Shown: positions 1-10,310, numbered from the stretch's first letter. The stretch: 64,000 nt of DNA from Nostoc sp. (GCF_036917635.1 NZ_JBALCW010000082.1:16486-80485); one strand, 5' to 3'. The notes: generated from the letters alone by a model not told the origin. Translations and numbers: made by a program.

Positions 1-198
1 TTTACTACGTTGTCTTAAAATTATGAGTTCATCTTGTTGTGGAGTACTGGCACTTATTTTGTCTCTACCTTGAAAATTTCTCCAGTGTAAAGCGAAAATC
101 TTTAAGTCTGGATATATGGTAGGTATACTGTGATAAGCCCAATGTTCACCATCTATAGGTTTTACGTTTTTAGTCCAAATTAATCCATTTAAATCCAT
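1..198 (-). CDS. hypothetical protein, N-terminal part only (ORF runs off the left edge)
   Basis: ATG at complement 198, open through position 1 (66 codons, MDLNGLIWTKNVKPIDGEHW...). Not in the supplied ORF track. No family recognised. Confidence 0.3.
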   Translation of the reverse strand, partial: MDLNGLIWTKNVKPIDGEHWAYHSIPTIYPDLKIFALHWRNFQGRDKISASTPQQDELIILRQRSK

Positions 199-389
199 AA
201 CTATTTTTCAATGCTGTTCTAATAGAGAAGCTATAGCTATAGTTATAGTTTTCCCTGAAATATAGCTCAACTAACAACAATTGTTTTTTGAATATCTTGT
301 TAAAAGTTTAGTAGTCTAACATTATTCCTTGCTACGATAGTCTCATATTGGCTTTTGCAAGCTTCAACATGAAATTTCAATGGTAAGTA

Positions 390-1040
390 ATGGTAACACT
401 TCAATTACGACAATTAAGTGTTCCGCCGGGACATAGAGTAATACTCCACGATGTTAGCTGGCAAGAATTTGAGGCAATTTTAGAAGAACTTGGCGACCAT
501 CGAGCCGCTCGATTGGCTTACAGCAAGGGAACTTTGGAGATGAGAATGCCATTACCAAAGCATGAGAAAGCCAAAGTCATCATTGGGGATTTGGTGAAAA
601 TTCTACTTGAAGAGTTAGAAATTGACTGCGAAACATTTGGCTCAACCACTTTTAAACGTGAAGATATGGCTTTCGGTGTAGAACCTGATGACTCTTTCTA
701 CATTCAAAATCATGCTCAAATGATTGGTAAAGAGCGAATAGACTTGACGGTTGACCCGCCACCTGACCTTGCAATTGAAGTTGATGTTACTTCTAAAACT
801 CAACTGGATGCTTACGAAGTATTGCGAGTTCCTGAACTGTGGCGATATGAAGATGGTAAGCTACAAATTAATATTCTTCAGGATGGCAAATACATTGAGT
901 CTGAAATTAGTTCTACTTTTCCCAACTTGCCCATTATTGAAGTAATTCCCCGATTTATCGAACAAAGCCGAACTTTAGGTAGAAGTCCAACACTTAGAGC
1001 ATTTCGTAAATGGGTAAGAAAGCAAATCACCGAAACTTAA
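390..1040 (+). CDS. Uma2 family (DUF820) putative endonuclease
   Basis: 216 aa. The pattern ...PPDLAIEVDVTSK...ELWRYE... matches the PD-(D/E)XK-like Uma2 proteins that are abundant in cyanobacteria. Confidence 0.8.
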   Translation: MVTLQLRQLSVPPGHRVILHDVSWQEFEAILEELGDHRAARLAYSKGTLEMRMPLPKHEKAKVIIGDLVKILLEELEIDCETFGSTTFKREDMAFGVEPDDSFYIQNHAQMIGKERIDLTVDPPPDLAIEVDVTSKTQLDAYEVLRVPELWRYEDGKLQINILQDGKYIESEISSTFPNLPIIEVIPRFIEQSRTLGRSPTLRAFRKWVRKQITET

Positions 1041-1153
1041 TGTAATTTTTTCTCCATCCGCGCTAAATTTCCTACGCAATGGTCGAGTTGTTTTATTCCC
1101 ACTTTGCTGCTATTTGAATGATACAGTATGAGCGTTGCTAAAAACTGATAACT

Positions 1154-1546
1154 ATGAGCGGCGAGATTGTCGAAAAACTAAAGCAAGCTAGTAGTGGCTT
1201 GTTAATGATGAGCGAATCAGATTACCCTTTTGAGGTTGTTCAGTGGAAAGGTGCTGCACCTGCAACACAGGAGAAAATATTACAGCTAACAGGTTCTCAA
1301 GACTTGCCAGTAGAAATAGTAGACTTAGACTATCTCTTTCGTAATTGTGCATTTGAGCAAGAGTGGCACAATAAATTACAGAAAAAAGATGTAAAAAAAT
1401 TTCAAACACTTATTCAGACGCTTAAAGATAATCTTAGTGACATCAGGGTTTATCGTGTTGGGCAAATAAATATTGACGCCTACATCATAGGACAAACTAA
1501 AGACGGTGACTTAGCTGGAGTAGTAACAAAACTGGTTGAAACCTAA
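1154..1546 (+). CDS. nuiA: nuclease A inhibitor (NuiA family)
   Basis: 130-aa acidic protein, convergent with the NucA-type nuclease gene. Size and sequence recall Anabaena NuiA. Confidence 0.75.
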   Translation: MSGEIVEKLKQASSGLLMMSESDYPFEVVQWKGAAPATQEKILQLTGSQDLPVEIVDLDYLFRNCAFEQEWHNKLQKKDVKKFQTLIQTLKDNLSDIRVYRVGQINIDAYIIGQTKDGDLAGVVTKLVET

Positions 1547-1566
1547 TAAACAGTTTGGAAATTTAT

Positions 1567-1738
1567 CTAAGGGACTTCCAAGAAATAAATTATTCCAATA
1601 AACGAACCACAGAGACAAGGCAGCGCGGTCTTGGGGGTTTCCCCCATGAGCGACTGCCGCACAGAGAACGCAGAGAGAAGAAATAGAGAGAGTTTTTGCG
1701 TCAGTTTTGGAACATTTTTTTATTTGTCAGTCCCTAAA
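1567..1738. mobile_element. MITE-like element with about 30-bp imperfect terminal inverted repeats (CTAAGGGACTTCCAAGAAATAAA... / ...TTTATTTGTCAGTCCCTAA)
   Basis: The inverted termini were read directly. The interior holds the 36-bp palindromic repeat and a CACAGAGAACGCAGAGAG motif that also occurs at 34267-34300. A second element with the same termini lies at 49279-49408. Confidence 0.5.
1621..1656. repeat. 36-bp dispersed repeat CAGCGCGGTCTTGGGGGTTTCCCCCATGAGCGACTG
   Basis: An exact reverse-complement copy lies at 16124-16159. It has an internal palindrome, TGGGGGTTTCCCCCA. Confidence 0.85.
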
Positions 1739-1782
1739 TAAAAGCTTAGTACTCTGTCAACCCCAAAATGACGGGTGAAGGT

Positions 1783-1816
1783 GGGGAGTAGGGAGTAGGG
1801 AGTGGGGAGCGGGGAA
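1783..1816. repeat. STRR heptamer tract (GGGGAGT-like)
   Basis: Tandem 7-bp units read directly. Confidence 0.85.
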
Positions 1817-2036
1817 AGAGTTTTTTCTGTTTCTCAAATGTCTTTATATTCGTCAAAATGTATTTGACAGACTACTAGCCGCACAGATGGCTAGGCTTTC
1901 TCATTTTTGAAATAGATATCTCCAGAAATTAAATATGCGTAACCTGAAACACTTGTAGAGACGCGAAATTGCACTTCGTGCCGCTACGAAGAAAGCGTCT
2001 CTACATTCATTGTCGGAGATGTCTAATTATCCCAAC

Positions 2037-2876
2037 TTATAAATTATCAACTTGCCCTTCTATTACAGACTGAATAGATGTTGAGACTTCTGAGAGAAAA
2101 TTGTATCCAGTTAGGGATTCTAATGAGTCAACGCTAACCCGATAGTTTCTCCAATTCGCTGTTCGCACCCCTTGCATATTGGGAATATTGACAGCAATTA
2201 CTCTTGTGCTGGTTGTCACGCCAGCAAGACCTGAACCTGGATTATCCAGTACAAGAAGAATTTTCCAAGTTGTATTAGGGACTTGAACCCGTCCATTAGC
2301 TATTGTATAGAACCTTCCGTTTGACCCAGTACCGCCCATCCCATATCCACCAGATATGATGTAGAGTTCTTTACCCTGTCCTACTAAAGTTCTGGCATAT
2401 TCCTCTAAGTTTGCCCAAATTCCCTGATTGTTATCTGGGGCTTGAGCAATCATGTTGCTCATTAAAAAGGTGGCAGAATTATTGGTAACACTATTAGTTC
2501 TGTCACCACTAGGTGTCATGTGACCACGATCAAACCCACTTCCACTAAAATCGGTAGATTGAACTTGATAGCACCCAGAAGGAAGTGTTGTATCAGCCCG
2601 AAAATTATCTTGCCTTGGTGTGCTACCTAACCAACTACTATTCAACTGCCAAGACACCCAATTTGCTCTACCTATTGAGCAGTTGTAACCAATTACATAC
2701 TGTGGTTTTACCAGCAAATAGTTATTTAGGCTAGAAGTTCCCGCATTGCTGGGGTTGCCAAGGGTTAGGTGAACACTTACTGATGACTGGGCTGGTACGA
2801 TCTTTCCCAACCCAATTATCAATAAAACTACTACCACAAATGGTATCAGAAACTTGAAAATCTTGGTTTTTTTCAC
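2037..2876 (-). CDS. nucA: secreted sugar-non-specific DNA/RNA endonuclease (NucA, Serratia-nuclease family)
   Basis: 279 aa. N-terminal signal peptide MKKTKIFKFLIPFVVVVLLIIGLG. DRGH active-site motif (FDRGHMTPSGDR). The nuiA partner gene is nearby. Confidence 0.9.
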   Translation of the reverse strand: MKKTKIFKFLIPFVVVVLLIIGLGKIVPAQSSVSVHLTLGNPSNAGTSSLNNYLLVKPQYVIGYNCSIGRANWVSWQLNSSWLGSTPRQDNFRADTTLPSGCYQVQSTDFSGSGFDRGHMTPSGDRTNSVTNNSATFLMSNMIAQAPDNNQGIWANLEEYARTLVGQGKELYIISGGYGMGGTGSNGRFYTIANGRVQVPNTTWKILLVLDNPGSGLAGVTTSTRVIAVNIPNMQGVRTANWRNYRVSVDSLESLTGYNFLSEVSTSIQSVIEGQVDNL

Positions 2877-3336
2877 GTTTTTGTACTTTTGATTGCAAGA
2901 ACAGTGGACGAGTTCTTCACTTCAATATCAAGCATTCAGTGATACAAAAATAAAGATTTTTGTAATGGTAAATATGTAGTGACACAATAGCTGGAAATCT
3001 TTGTTCGGCAAGAGTTAACAATCAACAAATCACTATACCACTAGTTTGATCAGGCAGGAGCGATGTCTACGACGGGCTACGCCTACGCTCAACATTTGGC
3101 ATCCCTATACTAAGATTTATACATCTAATTACCAACACCAATCTTTTTTCTTAGAAGAAATTTAATTAAATGCCTGTAAAACTCAAAAAATTAGGAATGT
3201 CATTCTGAGCGGAACGCAGGGGAGAGAAAAATTTAACCAGATGTTTCGCTCCGCTCAAGATCACAATTTCAGTATTTATGCAAGATTAAGGTAAGTATAC
3301 CTATTGTCTTAATCTTTAATTTTCTCTTTGCAGTCG

Positions 3337-3843
3337 CTATTTAATTACCTTAAAATTCTCAATTGTGAGATATTTTTCTTCATCAGCTATCTGACTATTG
3401 TAATCGATATCAATTTGGGTTGGATAGCCGAATCTAGCATTGTACCGTACATTCAGGCTGAAGGCTTTACGGTTGATAGCATCTTGAATCACATCAAACA
3501 GTTTAGGAATTGTGTTGTAATTTTGAAAGTATTCTCGATTAACTGGTTTACCTGTAGCTACAGAAGTGATGGAAGTTGTTTGACCATTACGTACTTCAAT
3601 TACTACTGGCCCCCTAGCATCGCTTATACAAAAGCAACTATTGCTAAGTTCATAACGATAGTTGGAAATATTTTGCTGATTCCAGAAACGGCGATTAAAT
3701 TCTAATCGCTTTTGTAATTGCTTTAAATTCAAGTTATTCTTCGGTGGCGATTGTGCTATCTCTATGGGAGATTTAGACATTACTGGTAGGTTCAGTCCAA
3801 AAGATAGCAATAATCCGGCACTGATAATCATAGGTAAACGCAT
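3337..3843 (-). CDS. secreted hypothetical protein (DUF6174-like)
   Basis: 168 aa with a signal peptide MRLPMIISAGLLLSFGLNL. Preferred over the overlapping plus-strand ORF 3328-3705, which is low-complexity. Confidence 0.55.
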   Translation of the reverse strand: MRLPMIISAGLLLSFGLNLPVMSKSPIEIAQSPPKNNLNLKQLQKRLEFNRRFWNQQNISNYRYELSNSCFCISDARGPVVIEVRNGQTTSITSVATGKPVNREYFQNYNTIPKLFDVIQDAINRKAFSLNVRYNARFGYPTQIDIDYNSQIADEEKYLTIENFKVIK

Positions 3844-4099
3844 ATCAAGCCCTTGGATTTCAAAAGTATTATGTATGTATTATATATATTAATTCATCTA
3901 CTTATTTAAGGACACTTTATATTTTTATTAAAATTTATCAGTGGTATACAAGGGCAAATAGCAAATTTATGACTCTACGGAACTGGTTGCTGAGTGTAGT
4001 CTATAGCTAAATCAGATCCGATGTAATCGCATACACGCAAGAATATTTTCTCTATGGCGTAAAATTTTTACTGTAAAAAACAAATGTTTTATTTAAAGT

Positions 4100-4285
4100 A
4101 TGAATAAATCACAAAGTTCGTATATTGTCAAGGTTTCTGTTGGTAATTGCGAAATTGTCCCCAGCGAGAAAGTTGGCGACGATAATCTACAGATTATAGA
4201 ACAGTGGGGGCCTTTTAGTTCACAAGAAGAAGCGATCGCTCGGCGTGTCGGACTTATTAGGGCTGGAAAGTGCCAACCAGTTTAA
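4100..4285 (+). CDS. small hypothetical protein
   Basis: 61-aa ORF with no competing ORF. No family recognised. Confidence 0.35.
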   Translation: MNKSQSSYIVKVSVGNCEIVPSEKVGDDNLQIIEQWGPFSSQEEAIARRVGLIRAGKCQPV

Positions 4286-4288
4286 TTT

Positions 4289-4321
4289 AGGAGTTAGGAG
4301 TTAGGAGTTTGGAGTTAAAAG
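4289..4321. repeat. STRR heptamer tract (AGGAGTT)
   Basis: Tandem units followed by inverted TAACTCC units at 4345-4380. Lies between convergent genes, so it may act as a bidirectional terminator. Confidence 0.8.
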
Positions 4322-4384
4322 TTCACAATGATGGTTTTTATTCATAACTCCTCACTATTGACTCCTAACTTTATTCCTAACTTT

Positions 4385-5668
4385 TCATTTTTCTGCTGTG
4401 GCTGCGCCCACAGCAGCAATTTTTTTACCTATTACGTCCACTGCTTTAGCGAATTGGGGATCTGCTAAAGTAGCGAGTTTGTCACGTCCATGAAGCCACA
4501 ATTCCTCCATCTGCGCTTTAGTCAAATCTACCTTCACATCTGGACTAATACCTTTATGATTAATATCTGTACCGTTGGGGGTATAGTAATGAGCAATTGT
4601 TACCGCCAATCCTGAACCATCTTCCAAGGGACGCACTGATTGCACTAATCCCTTACCAAAGGTTTGAGTACCAACCAAAGTAGCACGCTTGTTATCTTGC
4701 AAAGCCCCTGAAAGAATTTCACTTGCACTGGCTGAACCTTTATCTACCAGCACCACCAACGGTTTATTTGTCAAGGCGCGTCCGTTTGCTTCTTCTTTTT
4801 CAGCCTCTCCTTGGCGTTCAACGGTGGAGACAATCTTACCTTTATCTATCCACATCCGGGCAATGTCTACACTGGAGAAGAGTAAGCCACCGGGATTACC
4901 ACGCAAATCCAGGATATATCCAGCTACCTTTTTGCTTTCTAAATCCTTGATAGCGGTTTGCATTTCTTTACCAGCATTGGCGCTGAACTGGTTGAGGCGA
5001 ATGTAGCCAAGATTACCTGCTGGAGTTTTCTTTTGCGAATATTTAAGTGGATGAATTTCAATCCGTGCCCGTTTGATGTCAAACTGTTTTGTCTGACCGT
5101 CACGCTGAATCGTTAAGCTGACTTTCGATCCTGCTTCACCTCTAATCATGGATACTGCCTGATTAGTATCCATCCCTTTGGTATTTTTGCCGTCGATTTT
5201 GATGATGACATCTTTTGCCAAAACACCAGCTTTATAAGCTGGTGTATCTTCGATTGGCGCAATTACAACCAATTGCTTGGTTTTTTCATCCTGGCTAATC
5301 GTGATCCCAATCCCTGTCAATTCTCCAGAGGTATCCACTTGCATATTCTTGAATTCTGCTGGGTCCATAAACCGGGTGTATGGGTCTTCTAGCTTTTTGA
5401 GCATTTCCCGAATGGACTTATACGCTTCCTGCGGATTACTGTAGGACTTGCTCAAGTATTCTTTACGAACAGCTTGCCAATCTACTTGATTAAAAGTACC
5501 GTCTACATATTGGCGTTGAACAATTTGCCAAACTTCATCTACTAATTCTTTGGGACTTGCTTTAAATAAAGCCTGACCTCGGGAATGAATGCCAAGGCTA
5601 GCAACAGCGATGGTGGAGAGTGTCACTGCCGTAGCACCCAAAACAAGCCTACTTTTTGTAATCACCAT
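4385..5668 (-). CDS. carboxyl-terminal processing protease (peptidase S41A, Ctp)
   Basis: PDZ domain plus S41 motifs (GSASASEI, TFGKG). I chose the internal ATG (MVITKSRLVLGATAV..., signal anchor) rather than the track start at 5731. Confidence 0.9.
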   Translation of the reverse strand: MVITKSRLVLGATAVTLSTIAVASLGIHSRGQALFKASPKELVDEVWQIVQRQYVDGTFNQVDWQAVRKEYLSKSYSNPQEAYKSIREMLKKLEDPYTRFMDPAEFKNMQVDTSGELTGIGITISQDEKTKQLVVIAPIEDTPAYKAGVLAKDVIIKIDGKNTKGMDTNQAVSMIRGEAGSKVSLTIQRDGQTKQFDIKRARIEIHPLKYSQKKTPAGNLGYIRLNQFSANAGKEMQTAIKDLESKKVAGYILDLRGNPGGLLFSSVDIARMWIDKGKIVSTVERQGEAEKEEANGRALTNKPLVVLVDKGSASASEILSGALQDNKRATLVGTQTFGKGLVQSVRPLEDGSGLAVTIAHYYTPNGTDINHKGISPDVKVDLTKAQMEELWLHGRDKLATLADPQFAKAVDVIGKKIAAVGAATAEK

Positions 5669-5810
5669 AATGACAGCTGCGTCAGAGGGAAAATATATAG
5701 TCAGTATGCTCAATCTAACACAGGCTACCACTGTAGAGACCGAGTATGTATCCTTAATTTAAACAAAATACTTGACAATCCGGCGAACTTGATGGTTTAT
5801 ACAAAATTTT

Positions 5811-5854
5811 GGGGAGTGGGGAGTGGGGAGTGGGGAGTGGGGAATCGGGATCGG
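5811..5854. repeat. STRR heptamer tract (GGGGAGT x4-6)
   Basis: Tandem units. The complementary CCCCACTCCCC lies at 5922-5940. Confidence 0.85.
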
Positions 5855-5943
5855 CACAGAAGGTAGGAGGCAGAAGTTCTAAAATGTTTGAATTTTGAAT
5901 GCGTGAATTTTGAATTGATTTCTCCCCCCACTCCCCAAACCCC

Positions 5944-7170
5944 TTACGGTTCTACCCAGCGTTCATCTGCCTTAATCAGGTTAATTAATTCCTCTACACC
6001 TTTATCTTCTGGGACTTTTTTAATTTCCTCTCTACCACGATACAAAGAAATGTAACCAGGTGTTTTGCCAACATAACCATAGTCGGCATCCGCCATTTCT
6101 CCCGGACCATTGACAATACAACCCATAACCGCTATGTCAAGACCAGTTAAGTGTTTAGTGGCTTCCCGAACTTTGTGCAGCACTTCCTCTAGGTTAAACA
6201 AAGTGCGTCCACAGGAAGGACAAGCGACGTATTCCACCATAGTTTTTCGCAATCCCAAAGCTTGGAGAATGCTATAACAGACGGGAATTTCTTTTTCTGG
6301 TGCTTCTGTAAGTGACACGCGAATTGTATCGCCAATGCCATCAGCAAGTAAGGTAGCAATACCGGCGGTGGATTTAATTCGCCCGTATTCGCCATCACCG
6401 GCTTCGGTAACGCCTAAATGTAGGGGGTAATCCATACCCAGTTCATCCATGCGCTTGGCGATCAGGCGATAGGCGGCTAGCATCACGGGTACTCGTGAGG
6501 CTTTCATGGAAATTACTAAGTTGCCAAAATCCAGAGATTCACAGATGCGAATGAATTCTATGGCAGATTCCACCATGCCTTCTGGGGTGTCACCGTAGGT
6601 AAATAGCATCCTTTCAGCGAGGGAACCGTGATTTACCCCAATTCGCATCGATTTACCTTGATCGCGCAAAGAAACTACCAGAGGTTCTAAGGTTTCGCGG
6701 ATTTTATCGCCAATTTCGTCAAATTCGGTTTTAGTATACTCGGTTCGATTGACGTTGGGCTTTTCAAAGACATATAACCCCGGATTAATCCGCACTTTCT
6801 CTATGTGCTTGGCAACTTCCACGGCGATTTTTAGTCCGTTGTGATGGACATCAGCCACAATAGGCACGTCTTGGTAAGTTTTAATTAATTTGTGTTTAAT
6901 TTCTGCTAAAGCTTTAGCATGAGCCATACTAGGCACTGTGACACGGACAATTTCGCAGCCTATTTCGTGCAGACGACGAATACCAGCCACGGAACCATCG
7001 ATATCAAGGGTGTCTTCGTTAATCATTGACTGCACCACAACCGGGTAGCCGCCGCCAATGGTGACATTTCCCACCTTTACGGGACGAGTTTTACGCCGCT
7101 TGATAGTTGTATCAAAGGTAGGCTGGCTGGATGTAGTATTTGAAGTATCTACTATGGGCAGAGTTTGCAT
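5944..7170 (-). CDS. ispG: 4-hydroxy-3-methylbut-2-en-1-yl diphosphate synthase (IspG/GcpE)
   Basis: GcpE motifs ([15 protein letters not shown]). Start set at [10 protein letters not shown] (complement 7170). The track start at 7314 adds a hydrophobic, low-complexity extension. Confidence 0.95.
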   Translation of the reverse strand: MQTLPIVDTSNTTSSQPTFDTTIKRRKTRPVKVGNVTIGGGYPVVVQSMINEDTLDIDGSVAGIRRLHEIGCEIVRVTVPSMAHAKALAEIKHKLIKTYQDVPIVADVHHNGLKIAVEVAKHIEKVRINPGLYVFEKPNVNRTEYTKTEFDEIGDKIRETLEPLVVSLRDQGKSMRIGVNHGSLAERMLFTYGDTPEGMVESAIEFIRICESLDFGNLVISMKASRVPVMLAAYRLIAKRMDELGMDYPLHLGVTEAGDGEYGRIKSTAGIATLLADGIGDTIRVSLTEAPEKEIPVCYSILQALGLRKTMVEYVACPSCGRTLFNLEEVLHKVREATKHLTGLDIAVMGCIVNGPGEMADADYGYVGKTPGYISLYRGREEIKKVPEDKGVEELINLIKADERWVEP

Positions 7171-7367
7171 AACCTGATTAGGTAAATTTGCTGTCGTAAA
7201 AATATCAGATTTAATAAATCTCTGTTTCCCAGATTGCCACAGGTGGTGGCTCTTTTGGAAGATTAATATAAAAAAAGGAAAATAAGACAGGCAAAGAAAT
7301 AAAGAGCAATTCAAATATTTTGCTCATTATGAATGTGAAAATTATAATTTTCACCCCTAACTCTGCC

Positions 7368-7426
7368 AATTTTAGATTTGGGATTGAAGTAAAAATCTAA
7401 AATCTAAAATCTAAAATCCAAAATTG
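7368..7426. repeat. STRR heptamer tract (AAAATCT) with an inverted arm
   Basis: ATTTTAGATTTGGGATT followed by AAAATCT x4-5. Confidence 0.85.
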
Positions 7427-7427
7427 A

Positions 7428-8528
7428 ATGACTCCTAACTTGAAAATGGAACGCCCAATTTTATACTTAGTCATAACTAACCACGGATTTGGTCATGCTA
7501 CCCGTATGGCATCTGTAGCTGCGACAATTCAAAAATTATGTCCAGAAGTTCTGCTAATTCTCGTAACTACTGCCCCGCGCTGGTTGCTAGAGTGCTATAT
7601 AGAAGGCGATTTTATCTATCGTCCCCGTGCATTTGATTTGGGTGTGGTGCAAACCGATAGTTTGACAATGGATAAAGTAGCGACTTTAGAAAAGTTGCTC
7701 GATATTAAGAAGCATCAAAATTCGCTCATTGCCTCAGAAGTGAATTTTATCCGCCAAAATCGCGTTAATCTCATTTTGGCAGATATTCCCGGACTCGCTC
7801 CTGGGTTTGCCAAAGGTGCAAATATTCCCTGCTGGATGATGAGTAACTTTGGCTGGGACTTTATCTACCGAGATTGGGGAGGTGAATTTACCGCAGTTGC
7901 AGATTGGATTAGTGATTGGTACTCAAAGTGCGATCGCTTATTTCGTCTCCCCTTCCACGAACCAATGCAAGCTTTTAACAATATCACAGATGTCGGTTTA
8001 ACAGGTGGTTCCCCCCGTCACTCTGCTGATGATTTACGTTCTCTTTGGGGAATAACTGCACCAGTGGAAAAAACTATTTTGTTAACCTTTGGCGGCTTGG
8101 GTTTACAGCAAATTCCCTACGAGAACCTGCAACGATTTCCAGATTGGCAATTTATCGTCTTTGATCAATCTGTCCCTGATTTACCTAATTTAGTTAAAAT
8201 TAGCGATCGCAAATACCGCCCTGTAGATTTTATGCCTATTTGTGGGCGAGTCGTTTCTAAACCTGGTTACAGTACTTTTGCTGAAGCCGCACTATTAGGA
8301 GTACCTATTGTTACTATCCCCCGCGAGGATTTTGCCGAAGCAACTTTTCTCATAGAAGGCATTACTAATTATAACCAGCATCAAATCATTACCCCATCTG
8401 AATTTTTTCAAGGGACTTGGGATTTTCTGTATAAGTTACCTCAATCGCCAAAACAATCTGAACCAATTGCTAAGGATGGTAATGAAGCGATCGCTAAAGC
8501 TATTCTCAATTATTTACACACGAAATAA
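7428..8528 (+). CDS. glycosyltransferase-like protein (GT-B fold, GT1/GT28-like)
   Basis: 366 aa. The N-terminal ILYLVITNHGFGHATR motif is typical of GT-B glycosyltransferase-like proteins. Exact function unknown. Confidence 0.5.
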   Translation: MTPNLKMERPILYLVITNHGFGHATRMASVAATIQKLCPEVLLILVTTAPRWLLECYIEGDFIYRPRAFDLGVVQTDSLTMDKVATLEKLLDIKKHQNSLIASEVNFIRQNRVNLILADIPGLAPGFAKGANIPCWMMSNFGWDFIYRDWGGEFTAVADWISDWYSKCDRLFRLPFHEPMQAFNNITDVGLTGGSPRHSADDLRSLWGITAPVEKTILLTFGGLGLQQIPYENLQRFPDWQFIVFDQSVPDLPNLVKISDRKYRPVDFMPICGRVVSKPGYSTFAEAALLGVPIVTIPREDFAEATFLIEGITNYNQHQIITPSEFFQGTWDFLYKLPQSPKQSEPIAKDGNEAIAKAILNYLHTK

Positions 8529-8710
8529 AGTTATTCAAAACACCATCAATTAATAATGGAATCTCCAGCAATAGATAAAGAAACTTTAGAATTAGCCACC
8601 CAAGATGTGCGTCGAATTCTAGAAATCCAAAAAGAAGAACAGCAAATTTTAATTACTCAGATGAACATTCTATTTGTCACAAACAGCGCTATACTAAGTT
8701 TTTTATTTAA

Positions 8711-9124
8711 ATGACTCACTACCAAAAGCTACTAAAAATTTCCACCACTGGTAAATCTTTTTACAACATCACTGCAAAAATTGCAGCCACAGTTGCAGAA
8801 TCGGGAGTTGAAACTGGTCTTTGTACTCTATTTTTACGCCACACTTCAGCCAGTTTAGTCATTCAAGAAAATGCCGATCCTGATGTCCTTGTGGATTTAG
8901 CTAACTTTATGGCAAAACTCGTCCCAGAATCGGGAAAATACATTCACGATGCAGAAGGGCCCGATGATATGCCGGCACACATTCGTACCGCACTCACCCA
9001 CAGTTCTGAACATATCCCCATTAATCGTAGTCATTTAGTACTGGGAACTTGGCAAGGAATTTATATTTGGGAACACCGCCAGCGGAGTCATTTACGAGAA
9101 TTGGTTGTCCATATTTCTGGATAG
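8711..9124 (+). CDS. YjbQ/UPF0047 family protein (secondary thiamine-phosphate synthase enzyme)
   Basis: 137 aa. Recognisable UPF0047 sequence (...LFLRHTSASLVIQENADPDV...PAHIRTAL...). Confidence 0.85.
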   Translation: MTHYQKLLKISTTGKSFYNITAKIAATVAESGVETGLCTLFLRHTSASLVIQENADPDVLVDLANFMAKLVPESGKYIHDAEGPDDMPAHIRTALTHSSEHIPINRSHLVLGTWQGIYIWEHRQRSHLRELVVHISG

Positions 9125-9173
9125 GCGATTCTCAAGTTTTAAGTAGGTAGACGTAATTAAACATAAGAAAGAA

Positions 9174-9235
9174 CCTCACCCTCAATCCCTCTCCGATGCT
9201 TTGGAGAGGGATTGAGGGTGAGGGTGAGGTTTTAT
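9174..9235 (+). terminator. rho-independent terminator-like hairpin (21-bp perfect stem, 8-nt loop)
   Basis: CCTCACCCTCAATCCCTCTCC / GGAGAGGGATTGAGGGTGAGG, followed by GTGAGGTTTTATATTT. Lies 50 nt after the yjbQ stop. Confidence 0.6.
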
Positions 9236-9522
9236 ATTTAATTTCACCCACTTACTTATTTATTTAAGGTGGAGTCCTGTAGAGTCTAAATACTCTAGTT
9301 ATCCCGCTTAACCTTTGGGTATAATCTGATAAACTCGCGGTGATATACATCTAATAAATTTCGCCGCGATCGCTTTGCCATGAAAATTAATCAAATCCAC
9401 GCTCAAAAAATCGTGTCAATTTGTAAATTCAAAAGTAAAGTTTATTTGTGATTATTAAAAAATCTCCTTGTCTCGATATAAACTAATATTTAGTGTAAGC
9501 TGTATGGGCTATTTCAATTACT

Positions 9523-10272
9523 ATGAAGCAAAAAGTGACACCAACTCATACTTTCCAATTAATTGATAAAATACTTGCCCAACAGTCGATTAATTTATTA
9601 TCACTTAATCCCAATAAAACATTAATTACGAGTTTTGCCGAATTGGAAAATTTAATTACTGAACAAAACACTGATATTGAAATCTTCATAACCCTTCAAC
9701 AAACTCTCGAAAGCATAGTTATTACTCAGTTGCAAAACTTCCCAGAAAACATATTCTGGGATTTTGATTTTTTGGTAAGTAGTATGCTTAGGCAGGCTTT
9801 AGTAGCACATGAAGGTGCTATAGCTTTTTTAAAATTTTTTGGTGAAAAGATGGTTTCTCTTACACAAATGTTCGGAAATAAAACGGAAATGCGCTTCCGT
9901 TACGTTCACGATTTTATGTATGGGTTTGAGTGGGCAAGATGGATACAAAAAGAGCCACAAAAACGCGCACATATAGAGCCTTTTAGTCTGGTTTTTTTAG
10001 ATTATTTGCTCATCAAAGGTAAAGAACTTTTACAACGGATTAATCACGGACAAATCACATCTTATAAGTTATGTGACACAGGCTACCGTAATCCCTTCAC
10101 TTTTTCTCGTGAACCAGAAGATGAATATCGTCTACTAACTTGTCTTGCCCAAGAAGAACTTATCCCAGTAGCAGTGTGGAACTGGAATGCTAGCCCTGTC
10201 TGGAACAAACCTTTCCAAGAAATGCGCCAGCAATTAGCATTAAAATTAAATATTCAACCACAAAGACACTAA
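9523..10272 (+). CDS. conserved hypothetical protein
   Basis: 249-aa ORF with ordinary composition. No family recognised. Confidence 0.55.
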   Translation: MKQKVTPTHTFQLIDKILAQQSINLLSLNPNKTLITSFAELENLITEQNTDIEIFITLQQTLESIVITQLQNFPENIFWDFDFLVSSMLRQALVAHEGAIAFLKFFGEKMVSLTQMFGNKTEMRFRYVHDFMYGFEWARWIQKEPQKRAHIEPFSLVFLDYLLIKGKELLQRINHGQITSYKLCDTGYRNPFTFSREPEDEYRLLTCLAQEELIPVAVWNWNASPVWNKPFQEMRQQLALKLNIQPQRH

Positions 10273-10310
10273 TTAGCAATTAAAATTAAAAATTGCTGAA
10301 GAGAATAGTT

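Noticed and set aside
1621-1656. Whether the 36-bp palindromic repeat is a CRISPR repeat.
   Set aside because: Only two copies exist in the window, 14.5 kb apart and in opposite orientation, with no array structure.
3328-3705. The plus-strand 125-aa ORF that overlaps the secreted protein gene.
   Set aside because: The minus-strand ORF is longer and has a signal peptide and ordinary composition. The plus-strand translation is Ile/Phe/Asn-rich shadow sequence.
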